Shown here: in pieces, positions 20,198 to 29,236 of the stretch
How the letters are laid out: each line of letters begins with the position of its first letter
Position numbering within the stretch: the stretch's first letter is position 1
IMG/VR virus record: IMGVR_UViG_3300027887_000007
Coordinates: 46,208 to 110,207 of that record
From: a virus
DNA length: 64,000 nucleotides
Reading direction: 5' to 3' (one strand)
The notes under the pieces: generated by a model
Database searches by the model: none
Seen by the model: only the letters and a program-made list of their open reading frames with translations
What the model was told of the DNA's origin: nothing
Position numbers and translations under genes: made by a program

Positions 20198-20215
20198 CTA
20201 ACATCCCCTCGGACT

Positions 20216-21199
20216 CTACGTGGCAGACCTGAAATTGATCTGGGCAGCGTCCAGAAGAGTCGGGGTTATCGCCGCCGCGTTCCACTGCGTCATGTAGCGT
20301 TCGTAGGTTTGCCATCCAGAGGCAAGGGCTTGCCCCGCGTCGACGTCAACCGTCCCGCCGGACTTTACCCCAAGCTTCAGTGTGCCGACTGTTGCCGAAG
20401 ACGTCTTCAATGCTCTGGCGGCAATCTTCGTAGCTATCACGTTCACCGAAGAAGACGGCAGGTTCGACAGCCCAAACTGGGCATCCTGAGCGTCTGAGTC
20501 GACGACGATCAGATCGGCATCGCTGATCGTCGTTTCGTCGATATCCGTGTACGCTCCGGTCCAAGCATTCGCATCCCCGGCGCCGTTGGGGTAGTGCGTT
20601 ACCAGTGACATAGCCCGCGTGTCAGTGGTAGCCACGATCATCTCGGAGAAGTACTCCGTTCCCGAACCGGACAGGTGGGTGTAGATGACTACGATGTCGA
20701 AATCGGATACACCCGAGATCGACGAGTCTCCGGTGAAGGTGAGGGCCAAGACGCCATCGACGTAGACCCTTATTGTGGAAGAGCCCCCGTAGCTCGACAG
20801 CTGCATGTCGATCTTCTGAAGCGTGTTGTTGATAAGCACCGTACTCGCCGATGCCGCAAGCTCAGTTCTCGTGGATCCGTCCCATGTTGCGACACTGACC
20901 TTTCCACCGGAGCTTGTTGCGGGACCAAGGAATATCCCTTTGTCCGTTCCCAGCTTGCCGATCCCTATCTTCATCCGGCCGGCGTTGGCTGTGTCTATCT
21001 TCCACCAGACAGACAGCCAGCAGGACGTTACACCACCGCCAGAGAAGGTCGTCGACTTGTAGTAAACGTAGGGGGAGGCTGTAAACCTCACCGAGCATCT
21101 GCCGTACCCGGAACGGAATGTCGTCGAACCGGTCTCCACCGGAATTGTGCTAGCGTTTGGAAAGTCGATGTCCTCTCCACCGCACCATAGGATCGACAT
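20216..21199 (-). CDS. Beta-sandwich virion appendage protein, divergent paralog 3 of 4
   Basis: MSILWCGGED, IRVYVDG, YFSEMIVATTDTR, PNGAG..NAWTG, LDAAQINFRS. Confidence 0.65.
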   Translation of the reverse strand: MSILWCGGEDIDFPNASTIPVETGSTTFRSGYGRCSVRFTASPYVYYKSTTFSGGGVTSCWLSVWWKIDTANAGRMKIGIGKLGTDKGIFLGPATSSGGKVSVATWDGSTRTELAASASTVLINNTLQKIDMQLSSYGGSSTIRVYVDGVLALTFTGDSSISGVSDFDIVVIYTHLSGSGTEYFSEMIVATTDTRAMSLVTHYPNGAGDANAWTGAYTDIDETTISDADLIVVDSDAQDAQFGLSNLPSSSVNVIATKIAARALKTSSATVGTLKLGVKSGGTVDVDAGQALASGWQTYERYMTQWNAAAITPTLLDAAQINFRSAT

Positions 21200-22251
21200 T
21201 ACGTTTCCCTCTTGTAGCCGAACTCGGCAGCATTAAAGCCGGCCTTGGTGAATGGATATCCCGTAGTCGGATCCACATAGACTGGACTCTGCAGCCAGTT
21301 GTAACTCCCGGCGACTGCCTTTTCCGGGCCCAAGCCGTCGGTTGTGCCGGTTCGAGCAACCCCCTTCACGGAAGCGCCGCCCTCAACCTTGGTGTAGATG
21401 CTGCAAACCACTGCAGAAATCGCAGACGCCGCGGCTAGTTGTGTGACGGAGAAGGTGTCAATCTCTCCGACTGTTTCCGTGTAGTTGTAGGTTGTGTCGT
21501 CGTCTGGGGGGACTTCGTCTACGTTGGCGTAGTTGTCTGATCCGGCACTGCGATCCCATTGCTTGTAGGATCCGTCGGCAGTAGGAACGCACACTTGAAC
21601 GATGCGTGGGCCGAGGAGGGCATTGCAGTACGAACCGGTGGTGTCCATGATGATGATGTCGGACCATCTGGCCGTATTGGCGTCCCAGTCCCCTTCCGTT
21701 CCGGTCCCGTATCCGAATCTGATTTTGTTGCAGTAGGCGTTTGCGGTGTACTGGGTGTCCTGACCGGTGAGATTCAGAACCGTTTGATTGTCGACCTTTA
21801 CCAGAACTGCTCCGACCGAGTTGTCGATCGTTACGTCCACCTCTATCTGGTGCCAAGCGTTTGCCGGCACCGACGCGCCAGACTCTTCACCGATTTTTGT
21901 TCCGACCCCACTGCTGGCACGGTAGGCAGATATCTTCCCATTAGCACAACCTATGGATAGCTGGGCGCCGTACCGCGCATCTCCGTCCGAGAAGGTGACA
22001 AGGGCCGGGATCCCGGGGCCCCACCACTGCGAAGCGTAGAATCCGAATTGAACCAGAATCCGCTGGTAGTTTGCCGGGAGAGCTTTCACGAAGTACTGCC
22101 CGCCGCATTGCGGGTGAATCAAGTACCTCGCGTTTGCGGTCCTGCCCGATCCCGTGCCGATCGAAGGACTGTAGCCCACACCAAACGAGTCGTACCGTTT
22201 GGTGATCAGCGAGATGTCGTATGGGAATCCGTCGACGAACAGGAGGGCCAT
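21199..22251 (-). CDS. Beta-sandwich virion appendage protein, paralog 4 of 4
   Basis: MALLFVDGF, WHQIEVDV, SDIIIMDTTGSYC, PPDDDTTYN, YVDPTTGYPFT...NAAEFGYK. Confidence 0.7.
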   Translation of the reverse strand: MALLFVDGFPYDISLITKRYDSFGVGYSPSIGTGSGRTANARYLIHPQCGGQYFVKALPANYQRILVQFGFYASQWWGPGIPALVTFSDGDARYGAQLSIGCANGKISAYRASSGVGTKIGEESGASVPANAWHQIEVDVTIDNSVGAVLVKVDNQTVLNLTGQDTQYTANAYCNKIRFGYGTGTEGDWDANTARWSDIIIMDTTGSYCNALLGPRIVQVCVPTADGSYKQWDRSAGSDNYANVDEVPPDDDTTYNYTETVGEIDTFSVTQLAAASAISAVVCSIYTKVEGGASVKGVARTGTTDGLGPEKAVAGSYNWLQSPVYVDPTTGYPFTKAGFNAAEFGYKRET

Positions 22252-22254
22252 GGC

Positions 22255-22905
22255 TTAGACGCTCGTCATCGTAATCGTTACCATCACGTTGACCGTGTCA
22301 CCGGATCCAACAATCTTCACCCCACCGGTAAAGTCGCCTTCACCGAGCAGGGTTCCGGTGCTGTCTGCCTTGACTGGATTGTCTACGAGACCGCCGCCGC
22401 GGACGGTCATGTCGGCATTGATGTTGAAAACCGCCTTGGACCCGGAGTTGCTGACGGCCCCGCCAGAGATGGTTCCCGGCGTGAATGCCGGCCGGGTCGC
22501 GTTGCTGTAGGGTTGACCCTCCACCCATCCGCCGTGGGTTGCGAAGGTGTCGGCTGCGCTATAGCCGGTAGTGAACCCCGCGTTGTTGACGAGGAAGACG
22601 TACCAGGCCGGAACCGCAAGCCCGGTCTTCAAGGTGGCATCGAGGTAGGCGTTCAACCCCACGGTCGGGACAAGATTCTCGATCTTGTCGTACCAGATCC
22701 GCTCGCTGCGATGCGGCAGCGGACATTGATCATGAGGGGTGGTGCAGCGGGCCCCATCTTCGTGATAGTGCCGGAAGCACTCGAAGTCGTAAGTCTGCGA
22801 GACTCGGATGTTCTGTCCAGCTCTCATCCGGCCGAGTTCCTTTGCGACAGCCTCGCGGACCTTCGACAGGGACACCCTAATGGTTCCGTGTACGGCTTCG
22901 TCCAT
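22255..22905 (-). CDS. Virion structural protein
   Basis: NLVPTVGLNAYLD...WYVFLV...YSNATRP...GDTVNV pattern of phage structural proteins. Confidence 0.6.
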   Translation of the reverse strand: MDEAVHGTIRVSLSKVREAVAKELGRMRAGQNIRVSQTYDFECFRHYHEDGARCTTPHDQCPLPHRSERIWYDKIENLVPTVGLNAYLDATLKTGLAVPAWYVFLVNNAGFTTGYSAADTFATHGGWVEGQPYSNATRPAFTPGTISGGAVSNSGSKAVFNINADMTVRGGGLVDNPVKADSTGTLLGEGDFTGGVKIVGSGDTVNVMVTITMTSV

Positions 22906-22920
22906 GACACCCCCCAAACG

Positions 22921-23226
22921 TCAGAATTCTTCGTACATGACGTTGGCGATATCTCCGTCCGCAGACGCCAGAACGTAGATCGCGCTCAGGTCGAGACCGT
23001 TCTGCGGCCCGCCGTCAATGTGGAGGATATGCGAATGAGCAGAGGCCACCGGCTTGATGAGTTCGATGCCGTCTAGCTGGGAGATCGTGTCGTCTCCGAC
23101 CATCAGGTATCCGTCGTTGTCCCTCTTGGCCTGAATCCAGACCTGTCGGCACTTGATGGACGTCGGCCAGATCGGGTAGGCGACTTCTTTCGCGGTACAG
23201 GTGACATACACTGATTTGATTGCCAT
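22921..23226 (-). CDS. Small beta-rich virion protein (paralog of 30184-30510)
   Basis: IQAKRDNDGYLMVG...LDLSAIYVLASADGD. Confidence 0.6.
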   Translation of the reverse strand: MAIKSVYVTCTAKEVAYPIWPTSIKCRQVWIQAKRDNDGYLMVGDDTISQLDGIELIKPVASAHSHILHIDGGPQNGLDLSAIYVLASADGDIANVMYEEF

Positions 23227-23235
23227 CGCCCCTCC

Positions 23236-23460
23236 CTAGAAGCCCTGACGGTTGCGCCCGCAACCCTCGGACGGAAGGTCGTCCTCGTCGAGAACGAACG
23301 GTGTGCTGAACTGCCCCCCGGACTTCACCCCGCAGTCAGGCACCTTGAAGGCCATGGCGGGATCGTCGGCCGATCTGCCGTCTGGGATCTTGTGGCCGGT
23401 AGGCGCCTGATTGAACGTGGGATCCGGACGACACTCGTCCCTTGGTATCTCTTTTCTCAT
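23236..23460 (-). CDS. Hypothetical protein
   Basis: 74 aa, RBS GGAGG. Confidence 0.55.
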   Translation of the reverse strand: MRKEIPRDECRPDPTFNQAPTGHKIPDGRSADDPAMAFKVPDCGVKSGGQFSTPFVLDEDDLPSEGCGRNRQGF

Positions 23461-23478
23461 ACGTCCTCCACCGACAGT

Positions 23479-24120
23479 TTACTGTTTCTCTGTCAACACC
23501 CGGTTGAAGTCCTTAGACCCCACCGGTTTTGGCACACCCATCTGGTTGACCTCAAACGATGTATCGCAGTGGATCTTGATCCCGGCTGCCGTGGCAGACT
23601 GGCAGAAGTTGAGGTCGGCAGTGAACTTCTCTTCCTTGTCGTACCAGAACCAAGGCTCCCTCATCTGCCAGAGTATCTCGGTCCGGATCATGATCACACC
23701 GGTCCCTACCCCGTCGCACTCAACGAGTGCGTTTTTGGGGTAGTCCAATATCGGATTCATGCTGCCGTCCGGGGCCCTTTTGAAGAGCAGGGGGGCATGG
23801 TCGCCACCGGACCTGAAGAACAGCGGTGCGACGATGTCCACGTTCCGCTCGAGCAGACGGTCGAACACATCGGCCGTTGGAAGCATGTCATCGTCGATCA
23901 TGGCGACGTGACTGAGACCGTTGTTCTTGGCGATACTGCAGGCTATGTTTCTGGCCTTGGTGATCTTCATCTTGGGGCCGGCAACCATCCACCTGACGAG
24001 GAATCGCCCTTCGGCTTCCGCCCGTCCGCAGGCTCCAGCAAGAACCAGAAAGTGAGAGAATGGTGTTGGTTGGACTCCCCAGTAGGAGGGGACTAGGGCA
24101 AGGATTTTCGCATCTGGCAT
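23479..24120 (-). CDS. GT-A fold (GT2-like) glycosyltransferase
   Basis: ARN...SHVAMIDDDM (DxD), VECDGVGTGVIMIR, PWF, ADLNFC. Confidence 0.75.
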   Translation of the reverse strand: MPDAKILALVPSYWGVQPTPFSHFLVLAGACGRAEAEGRFLVRWMVAGPKMKITKARNIACSIAKNNGLSHVAMIDDDMLPTADVFDRLLERNVDIVAPLFFRSGGDHAPLLFKRAPDGSMNPILDYPKNALVECDGVGTGVIMIRTEILWQMREPWFWYDKEEKFTADLNFCQSATAAGIKIHCDTSFEVNQMGVPKPVGSKDFNRVLTEKQ

Positions 24121-24126
24121 GACACC

Positions 24127-25350
24127 TCAGACATAGCCGTAAACCGAGTCGACGTCGTGGCTCTGCCAGTAGTTCGCACCATGCTGCGTGAACGGATAGC
24201 GAGAGTACGCCCACTGAAGGTTCTGCATGTAGATCGAATCGTCCGCCAACGCCGCGGCTGCATAGTCAGCCTCGAACTGCATCTGGAAGTCCCTCGCCGT
24301 CCCGGGGTCGTAGTAAGGGCTCTTGGGATTGTACTTCAGAACGTCCGCAATCGCACCATTTACTAGGACATGGCTCGGCATTGCCGGTGGCGCCGTATCC
24401 GTATCATCGACGAGGTTGGGGACGGTCCGGTAGGCGAGGTACGGGAACCCCTGCTCCATGGACGGAGCCGGGTAGAGCTCGTACTGAAACCGGCCGATCT
24501 CGTCTGGGATGTAGTCGACCATCATGTAGCAGAAGCCGGTCGTCTGCCGCCAAGTGTCGTAGGTATTGACCACCTCCTGAGGCATGTTGAGCCGGAGGCG
24601 CCAACCCTGCTTGTTGTTCACCACGGACCAGACCATCCGCAGGTTTTGTTCCAAGGAGACGTAGGCCTTCATGATCTGGTAGGCGGATCCGGGTCCGAAT
24701 GTAGCATGGCCCCAAACCAGATCGAGGGTAAGGTACTGACCGGTCACAGCGGGTCCGTGTACCCCTTTGATTCCGTAGAAGGACGTCGTCGTGCCGATTC
24801 TAAACTGCCGGCGGGCTAGCGAGCTCTTCCAGATCGTCTCCCCGGCCGCGTGTGCCTTTGCGGGGATCGCCTTGAAGCTGGTCGCACCAACGCTGATGAC
24901 CAGCATGAACTCCCGCTGAGTCCCTCCGGTCGGGTCGCCTATGGTGTCGCCGCCATCGAACGTCAGCCAGTCCCCGGCCTCAATTCCAGACATGCTGGCC
25001 GGGTAGACGTCCTGCAACTCGTTGACGATCGTGATTGCTGTGCCGAGGGTTGTATTGACGAGGTCGTTGCGGGGCCAAGACGTGGCGACCCCTGTGACGA
25101 GGGCGGACCCCTGCGTAGCTGTGACCGTACCGGTAGTGTAGGCTGCCGGGACTACGATCTGGCCGCGGACTAGCAGGCCGCCCCACATTCGGCGGTCCTG
25201 TAGTTGACGCAGACGGGTATTGATTCGCCGCTTCGCCAGTTGCGGGGGACAGTCCGGGTTGTAGGTCAACACATGGTCGACCATCTGCCGGAAGTTCTCT
25301 TGAACCGCCCCGCCGCCGGCGTAGGGCTGCATCGGGCCGACGACGGCCAT
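24127..25350 (-). CDS. Head-to-tail adaptor-like protein with inserted beta domain
   Basis: NFRQMVDHV...KRRINTRLRQL helical start; YTTGTVTATQGSALVTG insertion; YELYPAP...LVDDTD..P...HVLVNGAIAD C-terminus. Confidence 0.6.
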   Translation of the reverse strand: MAVVGPMQPYAGGGAVQENFRQMVDHVLTYNPDCPPQLAKRRINTRLRQLQDRRMWGGLLVRGQIVVPAAYTTGTVTATQGSALVTGVATSWPRNDLVNTTLGTAITIVNELQDVYPASMSGIEAGDWLTFDGGDTIGDPTGGTQREFMLVISVGATSFKAIPAKAHAAGETIWKSSLARRQFRIGTTTSFYGIKGVHGPAVTGQYLTLDLVWGHATFGPGSAYQIMKAYVSLEQNLRMVWSVVNNKQGWRLRLNMPQEVVNTYDTWRQTTGFCYMMVDYIPDEIGRFQYELYPAPSMEQGFPYLAYRTVPNLVDDTDTAPPAMPSHVLVNGAIADVLKYNPKSPYYDPGTARDFQMQFEADYAAAALADDSIYMQNLQWAYSRYPFTQHGANYWQSHDVDSVYGYV

Positions 25351-25373
25351 AGCACACCCTTTCCGTAGGCTCA

Positions 25374-25397
25374 CCCCGGGCGGGCGCCCGCCCGGGG
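25374..25397. other. Perfect 24-bp GC palindrome after the capsid/cement genes
   Basis: CCCCGGGCGGGC|GCCCGCCCGGGG; no U-tract follows. Confidence 0.85.
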
Positions 25398-25403
25398 CTT
25401 ACC

Positions 25404-25652
25404 TCATGCGTGTCCGATCGCCAGAACTAGAGCGTTCGTCAGACCACCGCTGCAAGCGAAGGTCACTCGTCCACCGCTGTACGTTGCCCCGGTTGTCACA
25501 CCAGAGGTTCCGTTTTCGATGAAGCAGGCCTCCACCTTACCGAGACCAGTGTCCCAGTAATCGGTTGCACCGGCAGACGAGAACGTCGCCAGAACTGCCA
25601 TCCGGTTGCCGAGGTTGAGCTGGATCTTGCTGGCTTCTGTTGCCGCAGCCAT
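25404..25652 (-). CDS. Small capsid-associated protein
   Basis: 82 aa beta-rich, RBS GGAGG, follows the cement gene. Confidence 0.6.
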   Translation of the reverse strand: MAAATEASKIQLNLGNRMAVLATFSSAGATDYWDTGLGKVEACFIENGTSGVTTGATYSGGRVTFACSGGLTNALVLAIGHA

Positions 25653-25663
25653 CCCTTACCTCC

Positions 25664-26200
25664 TTACCAGATCAAGTTCTGGAGAAGAACCGTGTTTGTG
25701 CCGGCCGTGCCGTTGCGAGCTGAAAGCGCAAGGGCATAGACGCAGTCGGTGACGGTTTGCGCTTCGGCGATCCGCGCAAAGATCCCGTCGTTGGTCGAAC
25801 CGGTACACATATCGCCAGCCACGGTCGAAGCCGCGGTCTTGGCTGTGCAGGTTCCACCAACCTGAATCCATGTGTAGTAGCCGTCGGTGACAACGCCACC
25901 GAAGATGCCGGCGACCGCATTCTTGCCGCCGAGTGTGTCGGTCCAGTCCATCGTGACCGTGAAAACGCCGTCGGTGGTAGCCGTCGGCATCGTCAAAGTC
26001 TTCCAAACCGCCACGCCGTACGCAACGCTGGCGACGTTTCCGGATCCGTTGTCAAACTTGACGTACCGGTAAACTTTGCCGTTCCACCGCAGCAATGCGC
26101 CCAAGGGCGCCTTGGCCACAGCGTCGTTTGCTGCACCGGGACCGCTCGCTGGAACCTCGACGGTCTCCAGTGTCCCGTAAGTGAAAAGACCCTCACCCAT
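25664..26200 (-). CDS. Capsid cement/decoration protein
   Basis: PLGA...GKVYRYVK...VAGI...DGYYTWIQVGG; directly after the MCP. Confidence 0.7.
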   Translation of the reverse strand: MGEGLFTYGTLETVEVPASGPGAANDAVAKAPLGALLRWNGKVYRYVKFDNGSGNVASVAYGVAVWKTLTMPTATTDGVFTVTMDWTDTLGGKNAVAGIFGGVVTDGYYTWIQVGGTCTAKTAASTVAGDMCTGSTNDGIFARIAEAQTVTDCVYALALSARNGTAGTNTVLLQNLIW

Positions 26201-26220
26201 GACACTTTCTCCTTTCGAGG

Positions 26221-27195
26221 TTACAGGGAAGTTACCCCAGACAGAACGAAGTTGAGACGCGGGGCCGGGAACAGGAGGTTGCCGGAGAAGAGATACTGAC
26301 CGGCGACGTCATCCGTGTTCTGCGCTTCCTTGAACCCGGTGAACCCGAACTGGTACTTCGGCAACGTGCTGATCCAGAACTGGATGTACTTCGTGTTGAG
26401 ACCGAAGATGTATCCAGACGGAGCGTACTGGTCGACGGTGATGCTGGCGCCGTTCCAGCGCAAGCTCTGGAATCCGATCTTCGCCACGTCCGAGGATTCC
26501 TCAAGGAACCTCTGCTGCGGCTGGACCTTGTTCCAGACCATGTCCCAGATGGACTGAGACGTGACGATGAGGTCGATGTGTTCGTTGCCGAACCATGACG
26601 CACCGTACGCGGTCTGAAGTCCAAGCATCGTGAACGGCTGGAGGGTGTTGACGTAACCGTTGATGCCCTGGTTGTTGGTGCCGTTGGCAACGCCCAGATC
26701 GGAGCGCGTGATGCCCCCGTACGAAGCGTAGGTGTTGCCGTTGTCGAGGGCCTGAAGCATCCCATCGAGGTTGATCGTTGCTGAGTTGACGCCCGTCCCG
26801 TCAAGGAAGAGGTCGGTGCCGAGGAGCTTTGCCATCTTGCCGCTGGCGTTGACCATCTTCGACTCGACGTAGTTCATCGCCGCGTCTGGACCCCGAGCGA
26901 TCACGTTGTCAGTGCCGAACAGCGTGACATTGACGTAGTAGTACTTGGGGTTAACCTCGATCGCGGTGTCGGTCTGGACGTAGGTGATGTTGAAGGTGCC
27001 GCCCCTCTGAAATGCGCCGCCGTTGAGTTCCGCGTACGCGATCGGGTGCCTGATCGTCGTACCACCCTCAAACCGCTCTGCATTTCTGGTTCGGAGGCGG
27101 GTGAAGACTGGCGAGGATTTGTAGACGTTGTCTACCAACCGGGGGACAATGTGCTTATTGACCTTCCCGGTTATGTCGTCCCATGTTAGGGCCAT
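26221..27195 (-). CDS. Major capsid protein (HK97 fold)
   Basis: 324 aa; LVDNVYKSSP, GGTTIRHPI, LFLDGTG...LDG, YGGITRS, GFQSLRWNG...D..AP...GLNTKY; RBS GGAG. Confidence 0.85.
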   Translation of the reverse strand: MALTWDDITGKVNKHIVPRLVDNVYKSSPVFTRLRTRNAERFEGGTTIRHPIAYAELNGGAFQRGGTFNITYVQTDTAIEVNPKYYYVNVTLFGTDNVIARGPDAAMNYVESKMVNASGKMAKLLGTDLFLDGTGVNSATINLDGMLQALDNGNTYASYGGITRSDLGVANGTNNQGINGYVNTLQPFTMLGLQTAYGASWFGNEHIDLIVTSQSIWDMVWNKVQPQQRFLEESSDVAKIGFQSLRWNGASITVDQYAPSGYIFGLNTKYIQFWISTLPKYQFGFTGFKEAQNTDDVAGQYLFSGNLLFPAPRLNFVLSGVTSL

Positions 27196-27413
27196 CTCAC
27201 TGACTCCATTGAAGTTAGGTTACAAGCCGTCCGCTAATGCGGATACTCCGACCGGAACATTACCGATCGGCTGATCTGCACTCGCCTCTGCCTTGTCGCC
27301 TTCCTTCTATGGCTCCCCGCGAGATAGCGGTTCCATTTCGGGCTCGGGCGCTGGCACTTGGGGTCAAGTGCTGCGCGGCCGGCCGGGAACGCCCCGACCG
27401 GCCAGCAGGAGGT
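27196..27413 (-). promoter_or_regulatory. Structured 218-nt intergenic leader upstream of the MCP
   Basis: At least five hairpins visible (27230-27243, 27248-27270, 27309-27336, 27354-27371, 27377-27403). Confidence 0.5.
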
Positions 27414-28235
27414 CTAGAATTTCCCCTCTTGCCTGAGCTCCTGAGCGACCAGATTGGCAAGTCGGCCGGAGCCGTCCGCCATGACGTCCTCAGGAATATT
27501 TCCCGTTTCCTTCTTCTGCAACCGGACTTGGAGCGGTCCCAGATTGGGCTCCCCGCCCCCCTGATCCAGAGGAAGGTTAGAGGTTTTGATTCTTTCAGCG
27601 TACTTCTTCTCGTACTCGGCCTCGATTTCCTGCCGGATCTTCGCTTCTTTGAAGTCCTTGGTCAGGTACTCGTAGGCCCCTTGGAGGTCTCCGTTGCGCT
27701 TCTGCGCTTCCGAGATGAGTTGGTTGCGGTCAAGCCTCTTGCCGTAGGTCTCGAAGCATTCGGTCTGCTTGTCGATCACGTCGAAAATCGCCGCACCGAG
27801 CCCGTCGCCACGCTTGACGAGCTCCTCTTCCATCTTGTCGGCCGTGACGAGCTTACCCTGCTCAAGCATCTGGTCGAACTGGGTAATCCTCGTCTTCGCT
27901 TCTGCCAGTTCAGCCCGTGCTTCCCGCAGTGCTTTGTTCAAAGCCTCGTCCTCGACTCCCGTAAGGTCATCGCCCTTTTTTGCTTCTTCGAGCAGACTCA
28001 CCCGGTTCTTGAGGTCGTCGCGCTCCTTGATCGCCGCCTTGAATTCGGCGTCGGCCTTCTGGTGCCACGACTGCCACTCTTTTTGTTTCGCAGTGAGCTC
28101 GTTCATCCTGCGGCTGTAATCAGACTGCCGCAGGCCGTTCTCGGAGTTCTCCAAGAGCTGCTTCCGTGTTGCTTCTCGCTTCGTTGGATCGGTAATGAGG
28201 CCGACCAACGCCTCGAGTTCCGCTGACAACGGCAT
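27414..28235 (-). CDS. Capsid scaffolding protein
   Basis: 273-aa charged coiled coil with LRQSDYSRRMNEL; immediately upstream of the MCP. Confidence 0.75.
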   Translation of the reverse strand: MPLSAELEALVGLITDPTKREATRKQLLENSENGLRQSDYSRRMNELTAKQKEWQSWHQKADAEFKAAIKERDDLKNRVSLLEEAKKGDDLTGVEDEALNKALREARAELAEAKTRITQFDQMLEQGKLVTADKMEEELVKRGDGLGAAIFDVIDKQTECFETYGKRLDRNQLISEAQKRNGDLQGAYEYLTKDFKEAKIRQEIEAEYEKKYAERIKTSNLPLDQGGGEPNLGPLQVRLQKKETGNIPEDVMADGSGRLANLVAQELRQEGKF

Positions 28236-28303
28236 AACATTCCTTCGCTTCTACCCCTTGGCAAACCCCCAAGTCTGCAAGCGGTAGACCAGCGTTGGAC
28301 TAC

Positions 28304-28687
28304 CTAGCCCATCGGGGGCATCTGCCCGGGTCCGCCCGGAGGCGGTGGTGTTCCGGGCATACCCGGAGGTCCGGTTTCACCCGGGCCACCTGGCCCCTTC
28401 GGGGCTCCTCTTACAGCCGCCACTCCACTGTCGAGAATCGCGGTTGCCCGCGCAGCGAAAGGCGCCATTATCGGTTCTGTCGAAGCCATCTGCTCAAGTA
28501 CCTTCTTTACCGCCTCTACCTGAGCGACGATTGCTCCGTTGGCGTCAGGAGCTCCCGGTGCCGGAGGACCGCCACCGGGTCGCCGAGCCGCCAGAGCGCC
28601 AAGCCCCGGTGGGGGCTCGGGCGGTGTCCCCATCTGACTAGCGACGTCAGGCGGGGGTGCGGGTGGTCGATCCAGTCCCATAGGCAT
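28304..28687 (-). CDS. Pro/Gly-rich head-associated protein
   Basis: 127 aa; P/G-rich ends around a helical core. Confidence 0.65.
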   Translation of the reverse strand: MPMGLDRPPAPPPDVASQMGTPPEPPPGLGALAARRPGGGPPAPGAPDANGAIVAQVEAVKKVLEQMASTEPIMAPFAARATAILDSGVAAVRGAPKGPGGPGETGPPGMPGTPPPPGGPGQMPPMG

Positions 28688-28690
28688 GGG

Positions 28691-28852
28691 TTACCCCACC
28701 TTTCCCTTTTTCCCCGATTCAGACTTCTGGTTGGCCGACGTGGGCTCAGTCGCCAGAGGCACGAACGTACCCGGGCTCTGGATCCCTGCCGGCTGTGTGT
28801 TGTCGCCGTGGCCCTCGAACTTGCCCCCGGCTTCTTTCTTTTCCTCGGCCAT
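28691..28852 (-). CDS. Small hypothetical protein
   Basis: MAEEKKEAGG... behind AAGGAG. Confidence 0.55.
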   Translation of the reverse strand: MAEEKKEAGGKFEGHGDNTQPAGIQSPGTFVPLATEPTSANQKSESGKKGKVG

Positions 28853-28908
28853 GTTGAATCTCCTTTTGCTGGCTTTAGGTGATGTGCAACTCCCGAATTC
28901 CGGCGCCA

Positions 28909-29076
28909 TCAACGCCGGGAACCCTTTCGCCCATTCAGCTTGCGATAGTGTCGCAGCTCTCTGGACTGTTTCTTGGCCTCTTTGTCTAGCTTGTCCGTAT
29001 CCCCGTGCCGCAAAACCTTGACGAGATGCTCATGCTCTCGAACGGCTTCCTTCTTCGGGATACGGACTTCGGCCAT
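28909..29076 (-). CDS. Small basic protein
   Basis: MAEVRIPKKEAVREHEHLVKVLR...EAKKQSREL...RKGSRR. Confidence 0.65.
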   Translation of the reverse strand: MAEVRIPKKEAVREHEHLVKVLRHGDTDKLDKEAKKQSRELRHYRKLNGRKGSRR

Positions 29077-29077
29077 T

Positions 29078-29236
29078 TTACTTCCGGCCAAAACCCCTGC
29101 CGGCCTTTCGGACCTTCTTGCGACCCTTGCCCCGGGATTTTGCCTCGGCCTTTTCCTCAGCCGCGGATTCCTTGCCACCAAACGGCGGCGCCCCGGCGAC
29201 CGGGGCAGCTGCACCCTTGACGAACGGAGGTTTCAT
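29078..29236 (-). CDS. Small basic protein (52 aa, not in the ORF track)
   Basis: MKPPFVKGAAAPVAGAPPFGGKESAAEEKAEAKSRGKGRKKVRKAGRGFGRK*; ATGA overlap with the upstream gene. Confidence 0.7.
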   Translation of the reverse strand: MKPPFVKGAAAPVAGAPPFGGKESAAEEKAEAKSRGKGRKKVRKAGRGFGRK

